A stretch of 32,000 nt of DNA from Opitutales bacterium (GCA_024407725.1 JAKSVZ010000009.1:1668-33667), one strand, 5' to 3'; shown: positions 19,687 to 29,233, numbered from the stretch's first letter. Numbers and translations are program-made. Notes: generated by a model from the letters alone, not told the origin.

Positions 19687-19795
19687 TATCTTGTATAAAC
19701 AAGCATTTTTTATGCCTAATTTTGACCATTCGGTATCCCACCCTGCCCTATCCTTCTGGGTGGACTTTTAAAAAAAACTCATTAAAATAAAAAAT

Positions 19796-20977
19796 ATGAA
19801 AGTTGCTATTTTAACCTCAGGTGGGCTTGCTCCCTGCTTGTCCGCTGCCGTCGGATATTTAATACAGCGTTATCATCTTTTAGACCCAAAAATTGAAATC
19901 ATAGCGTATCTTCACGGATACCAAGGGCTTTTGTTGGGGCAATCAACCGTGTTGTCCGATTACTCAGAAGCTTCCACCTTGCTCCATTTTGGAGGAAGCC
20001 CGATTGGCAATAGCCGCGTTAAATTATCCAACGCATCCGATTGCGAAAAAAAGGGATTAATTGCGTCTGGAGCTAACCCCTTTGAGGTTGCTGCTCAACA
20101 ACTCATCACCGATCACATCGATGTTTTGCACACCATCGGCGGCGATGATACCAGCACAACCGCTGCGGAACTTGCCCACTTCTTAAAGCAACATAACTAC
20201 CCATTAACCATCGTTGGCTTGCCCAAAACCATCGATAACGATATCAACCCAATCCAATTAAGTTTAGGGGCTACCACAGCTGCAGAACAAGGCGCTATTT
20301 TTTTCGAACACGTCGTCAACGAACATACAGCTAACCCCAAAACCTTGGTGGTTCATGAGGTTATGGGACGCCACTGCGGATGGTTAACCTATGAAACCGC
20401 ACGCCAATATACCGAACGCTTACAGCGACGCACCTTTGCCCCTCATTTGGGCTTTTCAAAAGAAGCCTTTGAGTTGCATGCGTTGTATATCCCTGAAATC
20501 GATATCCAATTGGATGCGGAAATCGCTCGTTTACAGCCAAAATTAGACCATATCGGCTCCCTAAACATTTTTGTCAGTGAAGGAGCGTGCGCTAATGTGA
20601 TTGTTCAAGAACTGGAACACAGCGGACAAGCCGTAGAACGCGATGCATTCGGACATGTAAAATTGGATAAAATCAACGCAGGGCAATGGATTGGCGAACG
20701 CTTAGCCAAACGCTTAGGAGCTAAAAAATTGCTGGTACAAAAAAGCGGCTATTTCGCCCGTTCCTCTCAACCTAACGCTTTCGACCTTAACCTAATCCAA
20801 GCTTATGTTGATTACGCCGTTGAATGCGCCTTCAACAAACAAAGTGGATTGATCGGCCAAGACGAACGCTTCGGCGGACAATTACGCTCCATCGAATTTG
20901 AAGCGATTTCAGGCGGTAAACCCTTGAATATCAAAGACCGCGCGGTACAAACGTTCATCAACAGCTTAAATCAGTAA
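19796..20977 (+). CDS. pfp: pyrophosphate-dependent 6-phosphofructokinase (PfkA family)
   Basis: MKVAILTSGGLAPC start. GGDDT (not GGDGS) and PKTIDND (Lys, not Gly) are the residues usually diagnostic for PPi rather than ATP use. Confidence 0.75.
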   Translation: MKVAILTSGGLAPCLSAAVGYLIQRYHLLDPKIEIIAYLHGYQGLLLGQSTVLSDYSEASTLLHFGGSPIGNSRVKLSNASDCEKKGLIASGANPFEVAAQQLITDHIDVLHTIGGDDTSTTAAELAHFLKQHNYPLTIVGLPKTIDNDINPIQLSLGATTAAEQGAIFFEHVVNEHTANPKTLVVHEVMGRHCGWLTYETARQYTERLQRRTFAPHLGFSKEAFELHALYIPEIDIQLDAEIARLQPKLDHIGSLNIFVSEGACANVIVQELEHSGQAVERDAFGHVKLDKINAGQWIGERLAKRLGAKKLLVQKSGYFARSSQPNAFDLNLIQAYVDYAVECAFNKQSGLIGQDERFGGQLRSIEFEAISGGKPLNIKDRAVQTFINSLNQ

Positions 20978-21084
20978 GTGGATAATACCCGCTCAACCTA
21001 TAGTCAGCTTATATTGAGCTGACCAATGGAATTAGGTGTGGATAGGGTTTATTAGTAGCCGCAAAAAGCAGAAAAACATTAAAG

Positions 21085-21179
21085 CTTGACTTACATAGCC
21101 AAATAGGATATAAGTCTTTTGCTACCTGTAATCCTTATAGAATTAATTTTATTGTAATAAGAACGTAATAAAAGTCAAG
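21085..21179. repeat. convergent-promoter cassette u1 (95 bp)
   Basis: Bounded by AAAG-CTTGAC ... GTCAAG-GAAAAA. Plus end: TTGACT (21086-21091), 17-bp spacer, TATAAG (21109-21114). Minus end: TTGACT (rc of 21173-21178), 16-bp spacer, TACAAT (rc of 21151-21156). No ORF. Confidence 0.6.
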
Positions 21180-21227
21180 GAAAAATATACTTTAATCTCA
21201 CCGATAAAAAGCCAAGAGCATTTAAAA

Positions 21228-21324
21228 CTTGACAAAATAAAGTTTTATCTTACAATCACAATTAATGCATTTATTGAACATATGGCTCAATCTTATTTTA
21301 AAGATTGATACCATTAATGTCAAG
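21228..21324. repeat. convergent-promoter cassette u2 (97 bp)
   Basis: AAAA-CTTGAC ... GTCAAG-AAAAAA. Plus end: TTGACA (21229-21234), 16-bp spacer, TACAAT (21251-21256). Minus end: TTGACA (rc of 21318-21323), 17-bp spacer, TAAAAT (rc of 21295-21300). It abuts the hairpin at 21326-21354. Confidence 0.6.
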
Positions 21325-21354
21325 AAAAAAGCCTCACTTTTGGTAAGGCTTTTT
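21263..21354 (+). ncRNA. candidate ~90-nt small RNA from the u2 plus-strand promoter to the bidirectional terminator
   Basis: Predicted start about 7 nt after TACAAT. The end is the A-tract/stem/T-tract hairpin. No start codon or ORF. Purely predicted. Confidence 0.3.
21326..21354. terminator. bidirectional intrinsic terminator (gap 3' end, minus strand; u2 transcript, plus strand)
   Basis: AAAAAGCCT-cacttttggta-AGGCTTTTT: a 9-bp stem flanked by A5 and T5, 8 nt beyond the gap stop codon. Confidence 0.7.
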
Positions 21355-21361
21355 AAAACTT

Positions 21362-22411
<1,050 letters not shown>

Positions 22412-22619
22412 CTATTAAAATCGTAAAGAATGCGAATAGATGTCTTAACCCTCATCCTACCCCATCGCTAAAAAGCATAAAGAGACTTAAAGGAACCACA
22501 AAGCACTCGCATTAGGAACCAAAACCTTAAGCCATCGCAAGCATTTCCCTGCTAAATTTAGTCCTAACACAACATCCTATAACTTAGTCGGACGCCTAAA
22601 AAAGATTGATGAAAACAGG

Positions 22620-22715
22620 CTTGACTTTTATCCTTATTAGGAATATAAATATATTCCTACTTTTGTGAATAGATTTGAATAATATTCTTATATAAGATCT
22701 TGTAAATAAGTCAAG
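22620..22715. repeat. convergent-promoter cassette u3 (96 bp)
   Basis: Plus end: TTGACT (22621-22626), 17-bp spacer, TATAAA (22644-22649). Minus end: TTGACT (rc of 22709-22714), 16-bp spacer, TATAAG (rc of 22687-22692). The interior resembles u9. The right flank is nearly identical to those of u10 and u11. Confidence 0.6.
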
Positions 22716-22751
22716 ATAAAAGCAAACCTGCAGGTACGCAGGTTGTTTTTT
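22656..22751 (+). ncRNA. candidate ~96-nt small RNA (u3 promoter to terminator)
   Basis: Near-consensus promoter, no ORF, and a 3' module CTTGTAAATAAGTCAAGATAAAAGCAAACCTGCAGGTACGCAGGTTGTTTTTT shared with u10 and u11. Predicted only. Confidence 0.35.
22725..22751. terminator. intrinsic terminator hairpin AACCTGC-aggtac-GCAGGTT + T-run
   Basis: 7-bp GC-rich stem followed by GTTTTTT on the plus strand. On the minus strand the same stem is followed by TGCTTTTATC, so it could also terminate the 22800-23756 ORF. Repeated at 31663-31690 and 31985-32000. Confidence 0.65.
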
Positions 22752-22799
22752 GTCAATGATTGATTCCACTGGTATCTGAAATAGAGCAGGATTTGTTCG

Positions 22800-23931
22800 C
22801 TAAAAGGGAACATCTTCGTCGTTGTCAGAAGATTGTTCAGGGTTCTGCAATTTATCCTCTGAAAAACTTGAATTTAACAACAGGTTCAATTTAAAAGCAT
22901 TCGTCAAAAAATTTATTGTGCTGCAAGTAAGCTCTACAACGTAGCGTGCTTGGTATTTCTTTACACATGCATTCACATCATGAGCAGTACTAGCTATGTT
23001 TCTTAATTCCTTAACTCCCGTAAAGATATTAGCATATGGATCCTCTTTAATTGGATCTATACATTGTTGAAGCGTGCACAAGGCACCTATAGCCAGCCCA
23101 ATCCCTTGTTTTTCTACTTCATCTAGGTATAAAGAATTCAAGCTTTTATCAAGGTTTTGATGTTTAAGTAAGTTTTGCAAATAATCGATTATGTCTCCCC
23201 ATGAATTTTTATTCTTTTTGAAAACCTTATTAAAAACAATTTCACATAACACTTTTAAAAAGCGTGTTAACGACAATTTACAATACAGTAACACTGCATC
23301 ATATTTATCATGTTCTAATAAGTCTAGTATTTCAATAATCCTACTACCAACTACCTGATTGCACCAAATGGGGAGAGAAATATTAAGGATCGGAAATTCA
23401 ATTAAGTCTGTAATTTTAACCCCATCGTCTGAAAAATGATATTCCAATCTGAAATGATATTTATTCCACAATTTAAAATTGACTGCTCCAATAATTACCC
23501 GACAAAAATTATAATAATTTTCATCATAAACATTTTTTATCAGTTTCTTAAAAAAATCTGGGTTTTTTTCGTCAGGCGCCGATTGCAAGCGATTCAAATT
23601 AAACAAATCAGTTAATATTTTCAAGACTCTCTTGGAGGAGTCTTTTTGCGTAGAATTTATACAACCGCTTATCGTACGTTGATATAAATCAAACGCTTTC
23701 AACCAATGCCCATTACCCCAATCATAACATCTCTCAGAAACATCCATGAGAGGCATCTGAACCGCTTTCCAAGGTTTTCTAGATCCTTGAATGGACGCTG
23801 GCCAATCAATATTTTTAGGAAGACTTTTTTCCTCAGCTAAATATCGCGCAACAATGGGGGGGGATGGATTTTGTTCCGGTCAAATAACCAACAATTTCCT
23901 CATCCAGCAAACACTTCCATTTGTTTTCCAT
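22800..23931 (-). pseudogene. Abi_C-like protein gene interrupted by a C8 homopolymer frameshift (intact 318-aa ORF 22800-23756 plus a 5' segment to the ATG at 23931)
   Basis: The C-terminal block GVKELRNIASTAHD...ARYVVELTCSTINFL, and upstream LEHDKYDAVLLYCKLSLTRFLKVL, resemble the Abi_C pattern (D-Y-D..helix...LRN..g.aHG...). The reading frame upstream of Met-23756 stays open and protein-like to 23880. An ATG at 23931 (MENKWKCLLDEEIVGYLTGTKSIPP) joins it if the run at 23856-23863 is 7 rather than 8 nt. Confidence 0.5.
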
Positions 23932-24034
23932 TCCCCTACCCTACCTGCTCTATTCCAAAAAGCAAGATAAATTCTAGGTAAAAGGGCTGTTTTTGATTGA
24001 AATGCATGCTGACCGTGCAGCATATTTTAAAAAG

Positions 24035-24133
24035 CTTGACTTATATCGTTAATAAGTATAAACTTTGTATTGAAACAATGGAAACAATAGGAAATTAAGT
24101 TAATTAATAACATAATTGTCTCCCCACGTCAAG
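24035..24133. repeat. convergent-promoter cassette u4 (99 bp)
   Basis: AAAAAG-CTTGAC ... GTCAAG-CCAAA. Plus end: TTGACT (24036-24041), 17-bp spacer, TAAACT (24059-24064). Minus end: TTGACG (rc of 24127-24132), 17-bp spacer, TATTAA (rc of 24104-24109). Confidence 0.55.
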
Positions 24134-24249
24134 CCAAATCAGATTTTTTGCATTTACCCCCTACTAAATACAATGGATTTAGCGTACAGGAAACGCCATC
24201 ATCAATCTCTGTGATTGAAGCCCAGAAACCGGATAGATTCGATAAAAAG

Positions 24250-24346
24250 CTTGACAAAGGTATTACTTTTAGGGAAAAATGATTTATTGACAATTGATAC
24301 AGTAATATTCAATAATATCGTAGCCAATTCTTGTACCGTAGTCAAG
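24250..24346. repeat. convergent-promoter cassette u5 (97 bp)
   Basis: AAAAAG-CTTGAC ... GTCAAG-TAAAAAA. Plus end: TTGACA (24251-24256) with only a weak -10 (AAAAAT at 18 bp). A second internal TTGACA (24287-24292) has an 18-bp spacer to AATAAT. Minus end: TTGACT (rc of 24340-24345), 17-bp spacer, TACGAT (rc of 24317-24322). Followed by a weak hairpin AACCC-N12-GGGTT + T6 (24352-24380). Confidence 0.5.
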
Positions 24347-24548
24347 TAAAAAACCCACGCACAGCCGAGGGTTGTTTTTTCCCATTTTTCCACTCATTAT
24401 AAGCCAAAAGCACAAACCTTAGGCGGTAAAAACGTTATTTTGTTGATCGAAAACACGCGCGGTTAGATTATCTTTAGAAGTTATCTTGAGAGGTTTTGCT
24501 TAATTGCAACACCCCAAACGTTTACCCTGCTCTGAATTTTAATAAAAG

Positions 24549-24643
24549 ATTGACAAATAGGTTATTTTTGAAATAATAATTCTATTGGACAACCTACAAT
24601 AATGCTTCACATTTATTGTATAAAATCTTATACAAAAGTCAAG
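24549..24643. repeat. convergent-promoter cassette u6 (95 bp)
   Basis: AAAAG-ATTGAC ... GTCAAG-CAAAAG. Plus end: TTGACA (24550-24555), 16-bp spacer, AATAAT. Minus end: TTGACT (rc of 24637-24642), 16-bp spacer, TACAAT (rc of 24615-24620). Confidence 0.55.
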
Positions 24644-24880
24644 CAAAAGTGTTTTAAAAGGCACAAATACCCATAAATCCAAAGACATTTGTAAAACAAT
24701 CCATTCAGGTGATACAGTGGGGCTGTAATAACCACACCATAGCTAAACCAACACCTTGTTTCAAGGTATATAAGCCCAAGAATCCTAGAAAAAACACAAC
24801 TTAAGAACGCATTACGCGCCTACCGAGTTCACATTCCAATCAAACAAGAACCCCTAGCGGTATTTCTTTTAAAAAATTTC

Positions 24881-24958
24881 TGGTGGACGGTGTAGGATTC
24901 GAACCTACGACCCCCCGGATGTAAACCGGATGCTCTAACCGCTGAGCTAATCGTCCCC
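24881..24958 (-). tRNA. tRNA-Val (anticodon TAC), CCA encoded
   Basis: The reverse complement reads GGGGACGATTAGCTCAGCGGTTAGAGCATCCGGTTTACATCCGGGGGGTCGTAGGTTCGAATCCTACACCGTCCACCA. Anticodon loop TTTACAT, T-loop TTCGAAT. Confidence 0.9.
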
Positions 24959-25013
24959 TATTAAAAAATAAAAACTTAACCTCTAAGGAAGCAATCCCTG
25001 CAATCCCTAAAGA

Positions 25014-25244
25014 TTACTCGCCGTCATCGCCAATAGCGTTAACAGGACAAGTTTCTTTCGCCTCCATGCAACGCTCAACTTCGCCTTCCAAAGACGGTTG
25101 TTTCTTTACATAGGAAGCTCCATCGCTTGTAAAATCAAACACCTCAGGAGCGATGTTGTGGCACATTCCACAATGAATGCATTGATTATCGACGTAAAAA
25201 CGACCGCGTACGTTTTCTGAAAGTTTATCCTCTTTAACAGCCAT
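25014..25244 (-). CDS. small [4Fe-4S]/[3Fe-4S] ferredoxin
   Basis: CIHCGMC ... CPVNAI cluster motifs, about 76 aa. The ORF track start at 25259 is a TTG; the ATG is at 25244. Confidence 0.8.
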   Translation of the reverse strand: MAVKEDKLSENVRGRFYVDNQCIHCGMCHNIAPEVFDFTSDGASYVKKQPSLEGEVERCMEAKETCPVNAIGDDGE

Positions 25245-25341
25245 GATTTCATTACACAAAGCCCACTTGTACCGTCAAGCAGATTTATAAATATCCACAA
25301 AAGCTAGGCTTTAGGGGGGTATTTTTGCTAAAATAAAGTAA

Positions 25342-26697
25342 ATGATTCATTTAGAACAAAGCCAAACACAATCGCAGGTATTGGCGCCCCAACTACGGCA
25401 GTCGCTCAAAATTCTGCAAGCATCCGCTATGGATTTAAAGGCTTTTGTTCAAGAAGAATTAACCAACAATCCAACCCTTGAGGAAATCCCCAGTTCATCG
25501 AGCAAAGAACCTACCGATTCCATCGCTAACGGAGCAGAATGGAGCTCCAACTATGCCAACGATACTTCAGAAGCAAGCCAACGGCACGATTTCCTATTAA
25601 ATTCACTGCAAAGTGAAGTGTCCCTCCAAAGCCATCTGCAGGAGCAGGTTGGATGTTTGGATTTAAGCAAAAAGCTTAAGGAACTGGTTCTGTTCATCAT
25701 TGGAAGCCTCAACCAAAAGGGGTTTTTGGATAGCTCCATCGATGAACTCATGCGCCAAACAGGATGCGATTACGATACACTCATGCACGCGTTATCGATT
25801 GTGCAGCAACTAGATCCTGTTGGTGTAGGCTGTTTTGATATTCCTTCCAGCCTCATGGCGCAATTGACCTATCAGCAAAAAGAGCATTCCCTCGCATTCA
25901 AAATCATTTCCCAATGTTATCCCCTTTTGTTGCACAATAAGCTGAACGATATTGCGCGCGCCTGTTCCGCAAGTCTAAAAGACGTACAAGCCGCTATCCG
26001 CAACGATATTGCGCCTCTCAATCCAGCACCTGGAAGCGCTTACGCCCATCACCCCTCCCCTATCATCATTCCCGATGTAAAAATTTACAAAAATCCGTCC
26101 AACGAATGGGTCGTGGAGTTAAATCACACCTACATTCCTCAATTGCGCATTGGTTCTAACTACAAAGACTTACTGGCTCAAAACATTGATGCGAATGATC
26201 GGCGCTATCTCCAAATTAAAATGCGCTCCGGACGCTTTCTCATTCAAGCCATCCTTCAGCGACAAAAAACCATTGAACGTATTTCACAGGCCATTTTGCA
26301 GTATCAACAAGACTTCTTTGACCATGGGGTCGCTTACTTAAAACCCTTAACCCTACAAACATTGGCAGAGTTTTTAAACCTGCACGAAACCACCATTAGC
26401 CGCGCAACCGCCAACAAATACGTCGACACCCCCTTCGGAGTCTTTAGATTTAAGTATTTTTTTACCAAAGGGTTAGCGCGCCATAATACCGACGAAAGTA
26501 TTTCCAATGCGGTTATTAAGCAGGAACTGCGCAAGCTGATTGACCATGAAGACAAACAGCACCCCTTAAGCGATCAAGCGATGGTTGAGTTGTTCAAGAA
26601 TAAACAAATTCAAATCGCACGCCGCACGATCACTAAATACCGTAAGCAATTAGGAATTTTGCCTGTTCACATGCGCCGACAATACAGCGCATCATAA
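25342..26697 (+). CDS. rpoN: RNA polymerase sigma-54 factor
   Basis: N-terminal Gln/Leu-rich region I (QSQTQSQVLAPQLRQSLKILQ), an HTH, and the RpoN box ARRTITKYRKQLGI. Confidence 0.9.
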   Translation: MIHLEQSQTQSQVLAPQLRQSLKILQASAMDLKAFVQEELTNNPTLEEIPSSSSKEPTDSIANGAEWSSNYANDTSEASQRHDFLLNSLQSEVSLQSHLQEQVGCLDLSKKLKELVLFIIGSLNQKGFLDSSIDELMRQTGCDYDTLMHALSIVQQLDPVGVGCFDIPSSLMAQLTYQQKEHSLAFKIISQCYPLLLHNKLNDIARACSASLKDVQAAIRNDIAPLNPAPGSAYAHHPSPIIIPDVKIYKNPSNEWVVELNHTYIPQLRIGSNYKDLLAQNIDANDRRYLQIKMRSGRFLIQAILQRQKTIERISQAILQYQQDFFDHGVAYLKPLTLQTLAEFLNLHETTISRATANKYVDTPFGVFRFKYFFTKGLARHNTDESISNAVIKQELRKLIDHEDKQHPLSDQAMVELFKNKQIQIARRTITKYRKQLGILPVHMRRQYSAS

Positions 26698-26718
26698 AAG
26701 GCATAACAAGGCAAAAAG

Positions 26719-26815
26719 CTTGACAAATTAGTCAAATTAAATTATCATCTGTATTGGAATACGGGGATGATAAGGATAATGATTTAATTTTATTTATATT
26801 TAACATTAAGTCAAG
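26719..26815. repeat. convergent-promoter cassette u7 (97 bp)
   Basis: AAAAAG-CTTGAC ... GTCAAG-CTAAAAG (8-bp inverted repeat AGCTTGAC/GTCAAGCT). Plus end: TTGACA (26720-26725), 17-bp spacer, TATCAT (26743-26748). Minus end: TTGACT (rc of 26809-26814), 16-bp spacer, TAAAAT (rc of 26787-26792). Confidence 0.6.
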
Positions 26816-26896
26816 CTAAAAGCTAGCGATCAGTTCTTACCTATTCCGCAACTAAAGCTAACAGTCAATAATTCATTTTCTTACAGCACAATTTAC

Positions 26897-26978
26897 CCTG
26901 CTTGCTATAAGCAGGTTTATTGTAAAATAATTACATACAATAATCAAGCAAAACCAGAGCCAAACACTGGCTGTTTTT
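26897..26978. repeat. truncated cassette u8 (right half only) with flanking hairpins
   Basis: Degenerate right end AATCAAG-CAAAA. Minus-strand TTGATT (rc of 26942-26947), 17-bp spacer, TACAAT (rc of 26919-26924). The left half is replaced by the hairpin CCTGCTT-gctat-AAGCAGG (26897-26915). A weak hairpin AGCCA-aacac-TGGCT + GTTTTT lies at 26958-26978. Confidence 0.4.
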
Positions 26979-27065
26979 GAATTCCCCTTTGCACCGAAAC
27001 TTCCATGCTCCTATAAAAAGCCTTGCCTCCGAACAAGGTTAGGCTTAAGGTAAGCGCAATACTGT

Positions 27066-28244
27066 ATGAACTTGCATGAGTATCAGGCGAAAGCCTTATT
27101 GGAATCGTTCCAAATCCTCATTCCAAGTGGTGTATGCATTCAAGAAGCCACTCCTGAAAACCTAGCTACCGTTAAAGACACCTTTAAAAATCACGCACAG
27201 GTAGCGGTTAAAGCGCAAATTCATGCGGGGGGGCGCGGCAAAGGACAGTTTAAAGAAAACGGGAAAGCGGGAGTGCAATTGGTTTCAGGCGATTGCCTAG
27301 AAGAAGCCATTACTTCCATGCTTCATAACACCTTAGTCACCAAACAAACGGGAGCGGAAGGGCAAAAAGTTAACGCGGTATACGTTACGGAAGTCCTGCA
27401 CCACACAAAAGCGTTTTACCTATCGATTTGTATTGATCGCGCGCATCAATGTCCGGTGGTGATAGCCTCGCGACAAGGAGGAGTTGATATTGAAACAGTA
27501 GCAGCCACGCATCCTGACCAAATTATCCGTCTACCCATCAATCCCAGCGTTGGGCTTTGTCATTTTCAAGCGCGAGCAATTGCCAACTGTTTTCAACTCA
27601 CTGGGTCGGCTTATACGCACTGTATTCAAACAGTTCTTAACCTATACAAGGCATTTGTAGCGCTCGATGCGACCCTCATTGAAATCAATCCGTTGGTATT
27701 AAGTGATCAACAGCAAATGGTAGCGCTCGATTCAAAGGTGCAAATCGATGACAATGCGTTATTTCGAAGTTCTATTCCGCCGTCGCTCGTACCGATTCAA
27801 TCGCCCACCCAAGCATCCACGAAAGAAGCACCTAGTTCGGTTATTCGCTTTGACGGAAACATCGCCTGTTTGTCGAATGGTGCGGGTCTATGTATGGCGA
27901 CCCTTGATCTTTTGCATCAATTAGGGGAGCAAGCATCCTGCTTTATCGATCTAGGAGACAGCGCATCGGAGCAAAAAATCGATTCTATTTTAGACATGCT
28001 TTTAACGGATTCGCAATCCAAGGGGGTGCTTATCAACGTCTTTGGTGGAACTTTCCCGTGCGATATACTGGCGCAACGCTTGATTCAAAAAATCCAGCAG
28101 CACCGCCCAACAAAACCCATTCAGGTGCGTTTGGAGGGCAACAAAAGCGAAGAAGCGCGTGAGTTGTTAAAAACCGCGCCGGTTACCTTCATGGATGACT
28201 TGCAACAAGCAATCCAAAACCTTTTACAATCGGTATCCCTATGA
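27066..28244 (+). CDS. sucC: succinate--CoA ligase subunit beta
   Basis: MNLHEYQAK start and ATP-grasp region. 392 aa, with an ATGA overlap with sucD. Confidence 0.9.
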   Translation: MNLHEYQAKALLESFQILIPSGVCIQEATPENLATVKDTFKNHAQVAVKAQIHAGGRGKGQFKENGKAGVQLVSGDCLEEAITSMLHNTLVTKQTGAEGQKVNAVYVTEVLHHTKAFYLSICIDRAHQCPVVIASRQGGVDIETVAATHPDQIIRLPINPSVGLCHFQARAIANCFQLTGSAYTHCIQTVLNLYKAFVALDATLIEINPLVLSDQQQMVALDSKVQIDDNALFRSSIPPSLVPIQSPTQASTKEAPSSVIRFDGNIACLSNGAGLCMATLDLLHQLGEQASCFIDLGDSASEQKIDSILDMLLTDSQSKGVLINVFGGTFPCDILAQRLIQKIQQHRPTKPIQVRLEGNKSEEARELLKTAPVTFMDDLQQAIQNLLQSVSL

Positions 28245-29125
28245 ATTGTTTGAATATCGATCCTCAACCGCGTGTGTTAGTACAAGGCATTACTGGACAT
28301 GCAGGATTGTTACATTCTAAATTATGTTTGGAGTATGGAACCAACATTGTAGCGGGAGCTACTCCGGGAAAAGGTGGGCAGTATGTACACAGCAACATTC
28401 CGGTGTTTAATTCCGTTGCAGAGGCCTGTCGTGAAACAGCGCCCACTGTATCGATGATCTTTGTTCCGGCTCCTTTTGCAACCGATGCTATTTATGAAGC
28501 GATTGATGCTAAAATTCCGCTGATTGTTTGCATTACCGAAGGGATTCCAGTGCAGGACATGCTGCGTATTCAATCGGTACTCAAAGGCACTCAAACGCGC
28601 TTAATTGGCCCCAATTGCCCAGGGATTTTGGCTCCCAATCGCTATAAAATCGGTATTATGCCAGGCGCTATTTTCAAAGCTGGTTCGGTCGGGCTTGTTT
28701 CCCGCTCTGGAACGTTAATGTTTGAAGCAGCGTGGCAATTGAGCACGCTAGGTTATGGGCAATCGATGGCAATCGGTATTGGAGGCGACCCGATCAATGG
28801 CACGTCCTACCAAGATGTTTTGCGGTATTTCAATGAAGATCCTGCAACCAAAGGCATTGTGTTGATAGGCGAAATCGGCGGTATTAGCGAAGAACAAGCG
28901 GCGGATTACATCCGTCAGTCGGTTCGCAAACCAGTGGTAGCTTATATTGCGGGTCAAACCTTACCCTCAAACCAGCGCATGGGACATGCAGGAGCGATTA
29001 TTGAAGGGAATAAGGGGACTGCAGCGCAAAAAATCGAAGCGCTTAAAGCAGCCGGTGTTTATATTGCTCCAACGGTAACCGACATAGGCAAGACCTATGC
29101 TCAGGCCATTCAAAGCATCCAATAA
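28241..29125 (+). CDS. sucD: succinate--CoA ligase subunit alpha
   Basis: VQGITG, SRSGTL, and the phosphohistidine loop MGHAGAII. Confidence 0.92.
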   Translation: MNCLNIDPQPRVLVQGITGHAGLLHSKLCLEYGTNIVAGATPGKGGQYVHSNIPVFNSVAEACRETAPTVSMIFVPAPFATDAIYEAIDAKIPLIVCITEGIPVQDMLRIQSVLKGTQTRLIGPNCPGILAPNRYKIGIMPGAIFKAGSVGLVSRSGTLMFEAAWQLSTLGYGQSMAIGIGGDPINGTSYQDVLRYFNEDPATKGIVLIGEIGGISEEQAADYIRQSVRKPVVAYIAGQTLPSNQRMGHAGAIIEGNKGTAAQKIEALKAAGVYIAPTVTDIGKTYAQAIQSIQ

Positions 29126-29142
29126 AGTATATTAAGGAAAAC

Positions 29143-29220
29143 TGGCGGGATGGACGAGACTCGAACTCGCGACCTCCTGCGTGACAGGCAGGCGTTCTAA
29201 ACCAGCTGAACTACCACCCC
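29143..29220 (-). tRNA. tRNA-Asp (anticodon GTC), CCA encoded
   Basis: The reverse complement reads GGGGTGGTAGTTCAGCTGGTTTAGAACGCCTGCCTGTCACGCAGGAGGTCGCGAGTTCGAGTCTCGTCCATCCCGCCA. Anticodon loop CTGTCAC. Acceptor GGGGTGG/CCATCCC with one G-U pair. Confidence 0.9.
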
Positions 29221-29233
29221 CAGCTTGTTGGTT

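Noticed and set aside
23960-23995. AAAAGCAAGATAAA...GGGCTGTTTTTGATTG as a degenerate cassette right end plus terminator
   Set aside because: It lacks the GTCAAG hexamer, a convincing stem, and a partner TTGAC about 96 bp upstream; that position lies in the frameshifted coding segment.
24202-24393. 63-aa minus-strand ORF in the track
   Set aside because: It lies entirely over cassette u5 and its hairpin in AT-rich non-coding sequence. It has no RBS and no family resemblance, and the sequence is better explained by the repeat.
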